Assembly (NCBI GenBank): GCA_002189035.1
Contig: NEEC01000002.1
Coordinates: 1,116,001-1,180,000 of the forward strand
Length of the DNA stretch: 64,000 nucleotides
Direction of reading: 5' to 3'
Source of the DNA: Utricularia gibba
Lineage: Eukaryota > Plantae > Magnoliophyta
Part shown: positions 12,690-24,168 of the stretch, piece by piece
Numbering within the stretch: the stretch's first letter is position 1
Layout: every line of letters begins with the position of its first letter
Made by a program: the position numbers and the translations under genes
Notes under the pieces: generated by a model
The model's input: only the letters and a program-made list of their open reading frames with translations
Told to the model about the DNA's origin: nothing
The model's database searches: none

Positions 12690-13249
12690 ATTGTTTTTGG
12701 TGCAGAGAAGGACCATTTGACATAAAGACAATTTGGTGAGAAGGTAGCTGGTTTCCTCGCCATGGTCCATGTCACATGCCCCCAACCCAACCCGGAGTCA
12801 CACAACAAAACTGATGCTGCTGCTATGAAAGCGAAATTCTTGAAATCTGGATTCCCAACCCACCCATGACGCTTTCTCTTTTACATCTTGTGGGGTTTCT
12901 GGTGCTGGTCCAAATCACACTCAATTCCCTCCCTCATCTCTCCTATACACACTCACTGCTCCCATCAGCAAAGCCCACTTCAATACGACGGGTTACTCTG
13001 TGTAACCCCATACCATCTTGTTTGTCTGTATCCCACATCGACAGGGATAACAGCATCCCTTTGGTGCTCCCTCTGGATATTCCCAGAAACAGGATACCAA
13101 TGAAAACCTCTTGTGGGTTAACCCACAGATGACTAACCACTCCTTGTAACCCTAATCTTTTAGGGGTTATATAGCCACCATTTTTTATAGCTTTTTGTTT
13201 GAATAAATAAAATCAGTATTAAGCACACACTCGTTAGAAACATCACGAG

Positions 13250-13810
13250 GTTTGCCAGCAGGGAGAAAAAGGTAAAAACGCCTGGAATCAATTACCTTGG
13301 GTTCAGGTCAGAACCTTAAAAAGGCCTTAAAAAAATGGACAGTCATCGGTTTAATGACAATTTTGCCCCTGATTACTACCCCACCCACACGTATGACGTT
13401 TTTTTTCGAATAACCCCAAGAAAATTAATCATTAATTCCGATTAGGGTTTCCCAGCAGGGAGAAAAAGGTAAAAACGCCCGAATCAATTTCCTTGGAATC
13501 AGGTCAGAACTTTAAACAGGCCTTAAAAAAATGGACAGCCCTCGGTTTAATGACGAGTTTGCCCCTGCTTACTATCGACCGACACGTGTTTCATGTTTTT
13601 TTTTCAAAAAAACTCTTGAAAAATAATCACTAATTCCGATTAGGGTTTCCCAGTAGGGAGAAAAAGGTAAAAATGCCTGAAATCAATTTCCTTGGAATCA
13701 GGTCAGAACCTTAAAAAAATGGACAGCCCTCGATTTAATGACAAGTTTGCCCCTGCTTACTTCCGGCCGACACGTGTTTTACGTTTTTTTTTTGTCGAAA
13801 AAACCCTAGG
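13250..13810. repeat. Tandem repeat of ~198 bp, about 3 copies, upstream of the ARF10/16-like gene
   Basis: Unit anchor cag(c/t)agggagaaaaaggtaaaaa(c/t)gcc at 13256, 13453 and 13651 (periods 197 and 198). Shared ggtcagaac...aaaaaaatggacag...tttaatgac...ttgcccctg. Copy 3 has a short internal deletion. Confidence 0.95.
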
Positions 13811-14707
13811 AAAATGTTTGGGAATCCCCGTTTGTATTAATTAACTTGGAAACCCGGGGTGAAATTGGAACAATGAAATTGACGCAACTTTCATTTGTAT
13901 TAATGACTGAGATTAGGCTCATAATTATCAGTTGATTATCTTAATAATAATATATTGTTACCCTGGTGTCTTCCGTTACACCGTTGAGTTAGTCCATTAG
14001 CTATGTTTTTTTTCCATTAATAGATTCCATTAATTATTTGAATAAACACTTTGAATTTTTTGAATAAATTTGAAATAGCAAAATGGATCGCCTTTTGGCG
14101 ACGGTGTCGGTTCGGGAATTTGACTTCGGGGGGAGGAGGAGAAGGGATGGCGGGGGTGGGGCGGGAACTTTGACTGAGAGTACATTAGAAAAAGACGATT
14201 TGAGGGGAGACAGAGGTAGGCTTTTTATGTAGGTGCTTCGATTTTAAAGGCTTTGAAGTTGTTATCTTCAATCCGGATACTGAACAACCCAACTTGCTGT
14301 CTCCCATCTCCTTTCTCTCTGCTGGTTTCCCTTCTTTTCCTTTCCTTCATTTTTGTGTTGGTTCGGGGTGGTCTAGTGGTATTTGGTGACATGAGCTCGT
14401 GATGCTTTGTTTTGGGCGTCAGATGGATGTGGGTAATAACCCAGATCTCTGTTTTGGACTTTTGTGTGCTTTCTTTCTTTTTATTGTTTGTGGGTTTTTG
14501 TTTTCTGCCTTAAATTCGATGCCTTTGCTTCGTATTCAATTCAACTCTTATTGGCTGTGTCTGTGGCGTGTTCTTATTGGTTCTGCATCTCCAACACCGC
14601 TACTGCACAGTACTCTGTTTCTTCTGGATTTGCATATTTCTGGGTGTTGTCTGTTTTGAACAGATTCTTGAGTAAGAAGTGAAAAAAAGGCGTCGGAGGA
14701 GGTGAAG

Positions 14708-16810
14708 ATGAAAAACTCGGCTGACAAGAGCGTGGATCCAGAGCTATGGCACGCCTGCGCCGGAGGAACGGTGGAGATTCCGGAGGCGAATACCCGCGTC
14801 TTCTACTTCCCACAGGGACACGCGGAGCACGCCTTCGGACACGTTGATTTTGGGGTTTTGCCCAGAATCCCACCCATGATACCTTGCAGGGTTGCCTATG
14901 TGAAATTCTTGGCAGATCCTGAAACAGATGAAGTTCATGCCAGAATCGGGCTGATTCCTCTGAGGAACAACGATGTTGTCGGTTTTGACGATGAGGGTGA
15001 TACTGGGAGCAAAATGTCCGAGTCCATTGAGAAACCAACTTCCTTTGCAAAGACACTGACTCAGTCTGATGCCAACAATGGCGGGGGATTCTCTGTTCCT
15101 AGGTATTGCGCTGAGACCATTTTCCCACGCTTGGATTACACTGCTGACCCACCTGTGCAGAAGGTGGTTGCTAAAGACATTCATGGAGATAGTTGGAAGT
15201 TCAGGCATATCTACAGAGGAACACCTAGAAGGCACCTTTTGACCACTGGATGGAGTGCATTTGTGAATCATAAGAAGCTTGTGGCTGGTGATTCCATTGT
15301 TTTCCTCAGGTCTGAGGATGGAGACCTCTGCATTGGTCTCCGAAGAGCCAAAAAGGAGTGTGCTGGTTTGGGAGGATATGGAGCTTCATCTCTTTGGGAT
15401 TATGAAACCAAGCTGTCTCCAAGAAATGCCTGCAATGGGAAGATGAGGGAGAGGGGGAGGGTGAAGCCAGAGACAGTCCTTGAGGCTGCTTTCATGGCGG
15501 CAAATGGCCATCCCTTTGAGATCATCTACTACCCCCGTGCCGGCACACCGGAGTTCTGCATCAAGGCCTCCTCTGTGAGGAATGCAATGGCGACACAATG
15601 GCGCCAAGGAATGAGGTTCAAGATGGCCTTTGAAAGCGAGGACTCTTCCAGGATCAGCTGGTTTATGGGCACAGTGGCGTCTGTTCAGTTCAGTGATCCT
15701 AAAAAATGGCCCAATTCTCCATGGAGACTGCTGCAGGTAATCTCTTTCTTGTTCTCCCACCTTGCATTTCCAGATCCACTCATACTGTCTGATGCAATAG
15801 GTAATATGGGATGAGCCTGATCTGCTGCACAATGTGAAGTGCGTCAGCCCTTGGCTAGTGGAAGTAGTGTCAAGCATACCACTTCTGTCAATCCCACCAT
15901 TGCCATCTCAGAGAAACAGGCTGCGGTTTCCGCATCCTATGGATTTTACCCTCGATGGTCGATTTCCAATGCCATCGTTTTTTGGCAACACCCTCCGCCT
16001 GAGCAGTTCCATATGTTGTCTTCCGGACAATATAGCTGCCGGCATACAGGGAGCCAGGCAATCCAAACTGGGAGTTCCCTTTTCGGATCTCCGCATCCGC
16101 AATGAAATGCAGATGGAACTTTTCCACAACGGCAATGCAAGGCAAGCTGCATCTCAGAGGACGCCGAGGATGAGGACATATCCTGCTTGTTGAGTATGGG
16201 CCATAACCCTGATCAAAAATGGGAGAAACAGGAGGAAGGGAGGAGGACTCAGTTTGTCCTCTTTGGTCAGCTCATACTCACTGAAGAGCAAATGTCTCGT
16301 GATCATCAGCAGGGCAGTGAATCACCTTCTCCTTCAATGCCCGAAGGAACTTCGAGTGGCGAAAAATGGAGGACTGAAGTCTCCACTCCTGTGGCAATGG
16401 AGCTTGAGAAACAAGGACTTGATGATGCCACTGAACTCGGCCTTGATGCTCCTCCAGGTATCTGCAAAGTATTCATGGGGCCACAAGATGTGGGTCGAAC
16501 CCTCCATCTATCTGATCTTGGATCATATGAGGAGCTATACGAAACACTCAAACACATGCTAGAAATCGACAGGAGTGACATAATCGGTCATTTGCTGTAC
16601 CTTGATGCTTCTGGTGGTGCAAAGCAAGTTGGGGAAGAGCCATTTAGGTGAGCCTACTGTCACCTGTTAGTCGTCTACGACTACTGCTTTTCAAGTACTG
16701 ATAATCATCAATCTCTGGGCGTTCACATTTGCAGTGATTTCACCACGTCTGCCACAAGACTGATGCTTCTCACAAAACCCTCTACTGTAGCAAGTGGCGC
16801 TGAGAGGTAA
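14708..16810 (+). CDS. ARF10: Auxin response factor, ARF10/16 (class C) clade, ~650 aa after repair of one frameshift
   Basis: Exons 14708-15736, 15801-16647, 16735-16810. B3 domain SFAKTLTQSDANNGGGFSVPRYCAETIFPRLDY; ARF domain GMRFKMAFESEDSSRISWFMG; GIQGAR miR160 peptide; PB1-like CKVFM..DVGRTL. Exon 2 is 1 nt short (frame change 16128-16160). ARF10 versus ARF16 orthology is not resolved. Confidence 0.9.
16040..16060 (+). promoter_or_regulatory. miR160 target site
   Basis: cGGCATACAGGGAGCCAGGCA is a 20/21 match to the reverse complement of canonical miR160 (UGCCUGGCUCCCUGUAUGCCA). Confidence 0.95.
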
Positions 16811-17475
16811 CAGACCATCTCTATGAAGTTGGCTTGCAGTGTGGAGATAACCAATCTTGATCACCCTTACAGGAAACTCATCGCTGATTTCGCAATGGCT
16901 GAACCGCGAATGCTCGGCTCTTCTTCGAACCAGACAGGTCCTTCAGCGCGGTTGCCTGAACGGCAGCCCGGATCCCTCCTGAGCTCCTCATCCTCCCTAA
17001 CTAGTTGAGGAGGCGGCTATATCTCCTTCTGTGTTCCTTTCCGTACCTGTAACAGTGTTTCAACTCAACCTGAAGGTTACTAATTGAATGTGAACCTAGA
17101 AAATGTGCACGTTGCTTTGTGACTGATGGTGTGAACAATCCAACAAACCTACAACACAGCATCAGCAAAATCATGAACGTTAGAAAATCAACAACACGGA
17201 TTCAGTTACATTCAACTCAGGACAACATCATGCATGTTAGGACAATGCATTTATTACGATTGGGCACTCATATCAGCGTCAACAACCTCAAAAAGTGGGA
17301 GTGAGTAGACAACAGGGACATGGGAATTAACGAAACAACCGTAGCTAACCATCAAACAATACGATCCTGAATGAGTATCATCATGTACACATAGCCGCCG
17401 ACGGCAGCGGAGACATGGCGTTGGAAGAGCCCGCGGTGTTCCAGATACTGCAAGGGTGGGTTGATCGACACAAAC

Positions 17476-20400
17476 CTATTCCAGAACTGCAACCTCCTGA
17501 TCAACTCTCCAGTAGTTGGCGTCATTGAACTCCAACCCAGCGCCTTCCTCCTCCCCATCAGGTTTTTTTGTGTTGACAGTTTTCTTCAGTGGCCCAGCTT
17601 CGCCGACTATACCTTCCTTGAGGGCTTGCTGCATAGCTCTCTCCGTACCCCTGGATTCTACGCCAACGAATTCAACATCTTCCTCGAACAAAGATGGAAC
17701 GGCAGCATTAATGTTCAGAGTAGAATGTGACTGGGAGGTGCCATCGTGGGGATCTTTAGCACTGACCACGCCATTTGGTACAGAGTTTCCACCTGAAGGG
17801 CAGACTTGAGGAGCCCTCACATCCAGTGAATCGTCCGGATCCACAGAACATCTAGTTGGATCACCAAAGGGGTTCAGGCTTGAACCATCACCCTGGAAAT
17901 CTGATGCCTCTCCCCATGCTACCCATTCAGGGATCGGACGATCGGAAAATGTGTCATCATTTTCTGGCGTCTCAAAATCTAAGGAATTCAAGTCATGAGA
18001 GTCAGCTGCCTTCTCATTTCCAGGATCTGGGCCTGTGCCATCCTTCGATTTGTTAATGCTAAATCCGTTGAAGGAATTAGGATCAAAACTGGAGGAGATG
18101 ACGGCAGAAGTACTACTCTCCATCATATCTTCATCATCTCCAACTACAACCTCATCATCACTACTGCTGTTGCCACTATTCAAACTAACATCTTTCATTG
18201 CTTCAGAAGGCGCACTACCTACAGGAGCTCCTTTCTGGTCATCTTGGAATGCAAACCAGTTGGAATTGGTGAAAAGACTGCCACACGAGAAAGAACCCAG
18301 TCAAGACTACGTGAAAATCGTGGAAGACTCCACATCCAAAAGATTGATTTAGAGGAAAAGTACAGACCTCCCATGCTCGTCTCCCAACCTTAATGACGAA
18401 ATTACAACTTCAGCTGTTTCATCATCAAAGTAAACATCCTGCGAGTCATCACGAGATAAGGAAAACAATTAGCAGATGAATGGCATTCTGAAGAGATGCG
18501 TGGGAGATGAATGATAGTTCCATCATCAACTTGGACGACATGGCTGATGTAGGGATGAATATGCAGACTACCTACCTCCTCATCTCGATCCAGAGATACA
18601 TGACCCTGGAAAATACAGTCATATATAAATCTAAAAATGATAATGTAATAATCCTGGTGTAAAAAATGTATATGCCCAAAAACAGAGTTTTCCAGCCCTA
18701 TTATTTCCAACCTCAGCATCGTCATTATCATAAATCGTGTATCTAAATGCTTGGCTTAAATTATTTGCCAAAGCTGCAACATCAAAATCTTTGTCATTTG
18801 AATCTTCTTCGTCACTATCCCTGACCTTATCCTGCAACGAAGAGGGTCTCCTGCAAGTTGGACTAGAAAAGTTTAGGACGTGAATATTTGCGTCATGAAT
18901 CATCTGCTGGGAAAAAAAAGAAAAAGTATGAATCATCATTTTTTTTTAAATAAAAGATGAATGCCAAAGTAGATCTTGAGCACTGAGAGACCGACTGGAG
19001 GACAATACAGCATAGATATAAAATGGTGGCAGGACATACCCACATGCCCACCGGTAAACATTTTCAACTGCATTACGCTCCTGAAGGACAGTCATTTGCC
19101 AATCAGCCCAACCATCATTCTCCTTCAAAATAGAAAAACGACCAAATTAACAAGATAAAAATGATTGAAATAATTTCCATAGCATATGCCTCCAGACTAG
19201 CTTGATAACGTAATAGATGGACTTATTCTATATGACAAATTCGAAAAAAGAATCATAACCAAAAATGACCATGAATATGAAACCACCTCAAGGTGTTTAT
19301 GGATGCGATCATCACTGTTTCCTAACTGAATTAGCTTATTTGCTATCCTAGTCAAGTGTCCAAAATATCCTGCTCGAGGTGCTTGTCTCCTGGAATCTGA
19401 GGCAGTTGGCTGCATATGACTCAAACAGCAAGCCAAGAATCAGAGAGTTGCCACACCATACACAATCCACCGATAAAGTGAATGCGGGAAAGAAGGTAGC
19501 AGAAATAAAAGTACCACATTATGTTCCCTAGAAACATTCGGGTTTTCCTCTGCAAGAAGGATTTTTCCAGCTAAATCACAATCAACCAGAAGATGATTGA
19601 CAGCAAAATCATCTTTGCTCTCAAGCACCGCAAATACAATGCTCTCCACATGGTGATGTACAGCATTGTTGTATGGATACCTGCATCAAGAAAAAAGAAA
19701 CATTAGACATGTGCATCGACTCCCATGCAGCAAAATTGCTCTGGTACAATTAACTTTGATGCACGGATGATATAGTGCAGCTGATACGTTAAAGAGATGT
19801 TAAGACAAATTCTTACTCAAAGAGCAAATCAAAAATCCTCCGAATGGCTCCAGAGCTAACCAATTCGTTTACTGCTGCCTCGTTGCCAGATTTCATCAAC
19901 AATGATAAGAATTCAACAATCTAAAACGTTACAAGAAAAAATGTAAAATGGCAAGGACACAAGGACGCGCTTCTGGGGAATGAAAAAAACAAGAGACTAA
20001 CAGAAAGATGAGAGTAATAGGATCAAGAATGCGGGGCCCAGTCAAATCTTACATTATGCTAATTATTTAAATAAAAATATGTCTTCTCATTAAATTTAAG
20101 CTGTAAGAAAACAAAAGGAGAGACAAATCGCATTAGCAGGTCATCTCACCTTTAAGCGATGCTTTCCAAGAGGAGGTCTTAACTCACCGAAGGTTGTGGG
20201 CAACATATTCTCATCGGATGAAATATCCAAGAGCTTTAACAAGTCACCTGAAAAGGATTTTTAGATAACTAAGCAGGCTCATGGTGTAATTGTCGATTGA
20301 ACATCAAAGATAAAAGACATGACAAGGGTAAAGAATTAACAACGATACATTTTCCTTTAGCTTCACCAAAAAGGTTTGTGCTGATTTAAAGAAATCCACT

Positions 20401-22980
20401 GCAGCCACCGCTAGTTTAACAATGCAACAAAAACAAGGAAAATGAAGATCATGCGCAATCGTGGCATATAATCTCACCAAGAGGCAGGAGCATAGCACCA
20501 ACAGTGTCTGGATTAACCCTCATAGGTGATTCATATGCTCGTTGATTTCTGAATGAGTACATAACTGGAGGAGGAAGAGATCTTTTATTATCCAACAACG
20601 AGATGCACACAGAAAGAGAATTTACAAGGGAAGATCTTGAATGCAAGTCTTCAAGTGCATGGCCAAATATCCTCGTGACGAAGCTACATATAAGGAGAGC
20701 CATAAATCCGATAATCAATCAACAATGTCATGCAGCAAAACACTAATAAGAACTCCTCAAACCTAGGACTGGATAATTTGGTGGCAAGTGGTGAAGGATA
20801 TGTCCTCGTTATTGCGCATAATGTTTCTGCTGCATTTGCATGCACTTCACAAGAATTCTAGAAGCAACAGACATGCAATGGTTAGATGCTGAATGTTCAA
20901 GAATCTCTCCTGAGGATAGAAACAATGCATAACAAAAAAAAAAAAGCATTTTTATTGAAAAATATATCTAAAAGCTGGAAGAAAAAATATCATGCAAATA
21001 CAGTGGATCATCTAAAGAAACAGTTCTCATACTTACTGATTTGTTTAGCTTATCCACGATCATTTCTAATAAGCAGCTATCGGCAAGCCATTGCATGACT
21101 TCCGATGAATTTGGGTACAAATGATCATCTGCACCAACAAGTCGAACCAAAACCTGAAAAAACAAAAAGCAGTACACCATATCAGATGCGGGATAGTGAA
21201 CTACAACTCTCCTAAAGGTCATGAACGCTCAGTGAAATCAGTGGTTTTCTCAACCTCCATGATGGATGTAATTCCAATTAAATCAACCAGCTTTCTGATA
21301 ACATCTTGGTGAACCTGCAAATAACAAACACACAGAAGAACAGTGACGTTCAAAGTAAAGGTTTTTTTTGTGAAATTATGGAAATAATGTCTGATCAGTG
21401 GTATTTCAACGCCGGTCTTTCAAGTATCAGTAAACCCACATTGCAACACAATCAAATCCTGAATTTTCCTTCATACTGTTAAGCTAGCACGAATGATTCA
21501 ATCTATACAATAAAATTATTCCGGCAACTAATATTTATCAATAAAAATCATGGAAATAAAAAAAAATTGCTTGGGAAGGATGGCACAATATCTGGCATCA
21601 ATCAGGACAAAATCTATAGATTTTTTGTAAGTATTTTGAAGAAATTAGGAAATGAGAAAAAAGGGAGAAGTATGCAATGACCCTTTCACAAGCAACAATG
21701 CTGTGGAAAAGAAAAATAGAGGAACATGAAAGTTGAGGAAAAGGGCAGCTAGAAAAGCTATAAATTAGACTAGAATAAAAGGGTTCATAAATTGCATGAC
21801 ACGGCACCTTGACATAATTCATCAGAGGAATGGCCTTCCGTAACATTAGACAGACAACAACCTGCATACATTAAAGATTGCATCTTAGACCTTAAAAGTT
21901 AATTGCACTCCAGCTTGAAATCTAAGAAAACAAAAATCAACCTTGCCAAAGTATCCAGCCAGCAATGCACTATGCGTATGGTCGGGTTCCAGAAATGAGA
22001 AAAGCAAATCCATAAGCTGCCATACAACGGAAATCCATCAGCTGCTCACATTACTTTGATTTTCTAAACACAGTAATCTTACCTCCTCTTCCTCAACCAA
22101 AGTCTTCAAGATGACATCAATTTCACATGTAAATATTTCGCAAGCAACAAATGGAAACCTAAGCATGGGAGACAACATATATATAAGGAGAATTCCAACA
22201 AAAGCTTCCATTATATGTTTCCTTCACATGATCGATTAAAAAAGCTCCCAGAAAAACGTTGATAAATAGGTAATAAACTCTGAACTCAATGTAGACATAC
22301 TTGAAAGCTCTCTTGGTATCAGCATCCTCGGGAGCCTCATCAACAATATAATGCAACAACTGCTCAACTTGAGATCTATCTCTCAAACTAAGAAAAATTA
22401 GACATTAAAGTAAGAAATAGAATGATGACCATGACGCCAATGAAGAAACAAGATTTATTAGGATCTCATTCTGATCAGAAAATAATAAGCTGTGTTGTCA
22501 AGGCTAAACCATACAAATTTATGAGACGACTGTTCAGCGCTTTGCACTCTTGGATTATCTCTTCTTCATCTAAAAGTTCTTCCAAGGTAAAGTTCTCCCG
22601 GTCCAGTACAGAGTCAACCTGAATTCACAAAATATACAATTATGGCATCAGTAAGGAAGCTGTTACAAGCAATTCAAAAAGTAGGAACATGAAAAATTTA
22701 TATGAAAACTTAAAGACTGAAGCAGACTCCAGCTGAGCATATTCACATAAATGATTTCATCATACAATAGCACCATCATCACTCCCGTCCATAGACTAAA
22801 AAAATACACGCCACATCTCGCACAAAGCAAATTATAGTCGAAAGAACATCATCAATCGAACAATTCGGCTATCATGCATTTCAAAAATCCCAAACTCTAG
22901 GACGAAGTAAAAATTCGAAATCGCCTACGCCAAAAACTTACTGGAGAAGAAGCGGAGAGAGCTGTGAGCTTCCAAAACAT
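17476..22980 (-). CDS. SIT4 phosphatase-associated (SAPS) protein / PP6 regulatory subunit
   Basis: ATG at 22980 (MFWKLTALSASSP), then VDSVLDRENFTLEELLDEEEIIQECKALNSRLINF, FPFVACEIFTCEIDVI, RPPLGKHRLKIVEF, RAGYFGHLTRIAN, and C-terminal EFNDANYWRVDQEVAVLE*. All exons traced in frame with GT-AG sites. Confidence 0.95.
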
Positions 22981-24168
22981 ATCGTCCGTCTACAAGCCCG
23001 CAATGTAAAAAGCCCGTCAGTAACGCCAGGGATTGAGGAGATGCCCAGCGGATCCGAAAACTTGGAAACTGAATCAGCAAGAAGCACCGGACAAGAACAA
23101 TAGAAGATGACCGCTGCGGATTCAAACGAGGAATCTGCGTCGAAGTTGGAAGCGTGGATTTGCATAAACCCTAATATTCGAAGATCATTGAGCCCGCAAG
23201 TTATCCAGCGCGGCTCCCTTGTGATTACCTTCTCTTGCTTTATTTTGTTTATTTTATGTTCTATATTATATAAATAAATTATAATATAATAATTTCTTAA
23301 ATTCAGACCATTATTTCAATGTGGTAATAACGTTAGGTTTTGAAAAACCACAACAGAATTAATTTTAATAAAATAAAAATATTGATAAAATGATAATTTA
23401 TATATATTTAAAAGTGTTTTTTAATAATAATTCTTACAACATTGATTAATCTTTGTAAATGCAAATTACATTTCATCATAGTTATTAACAATCTTATTTT
23501 AAAAATCTAAAAATTAAATACGATATTTTAAAAATTCATTTACATTATATAAATTTATACATTATATTTTATATTATTATAATTTTTTAATAAATTTTCA
23601 ATACTTATAGTAATTTTAAAATCAATTTTGACTGAAGAAAATTAAAAATAGATTACATTCACTATACTCACAGCTCATCTAGAAAATTAATTATCCGTAC
23701 AATCTCTAACTCATATAATGATTTAAAGTTTTTATATTACATATAGTCACTTTTTTCACATATTGAATAAGAGATGGCCACATGTCTAATAGAACTTTGT
23801 ACTCCCATAATGTATGCTTACTTTAAATATTAAATTCACTGTATAATATATAATTAAAAGCAAAAAAAAATCACCATCCTAGAAACTTTTTTATAAATGT
23901 CTAACCGTCAATTAAAAAATTTGATCAAGTTATGTATTTATTATTTAAGCTCCATGTATATGCTAAACAGTTCATTGGCAATGACCATAATTTAATTTAA
24001 AACGCAATAAACTTTATTTTTTCATGGAAGAATGTCCACTAAACTCAATATCATAGAACAACAACTGAGTCATACCAAGTACACATGTCAAGGGAGGGAT
24101 GCCTCGTTGATGAAGATGATGATGAGTTTAGTGACAATAATTTTGTATTCTATTCCACTGGTCGGGAA

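Noticed and set aside
13030-13190. snRNA gene or telomerase RNA downstream of the USE-like motif
   Set aside because: There is no TATA at Pol II or Pol III spacing and no U1-U6, U3 or 7SL start. The T6 at about 13181 would end a Pol III transcript after about 90 nt, too short for plant TR. Kept only as an unexplained hairpin array.
13250-13810. CRISPR-like reading of the tandem repeat
   Set aside because: The locus is eukaryotic, the units are ~198 bp and contiguous, and there are no unique spacers or cas genes.
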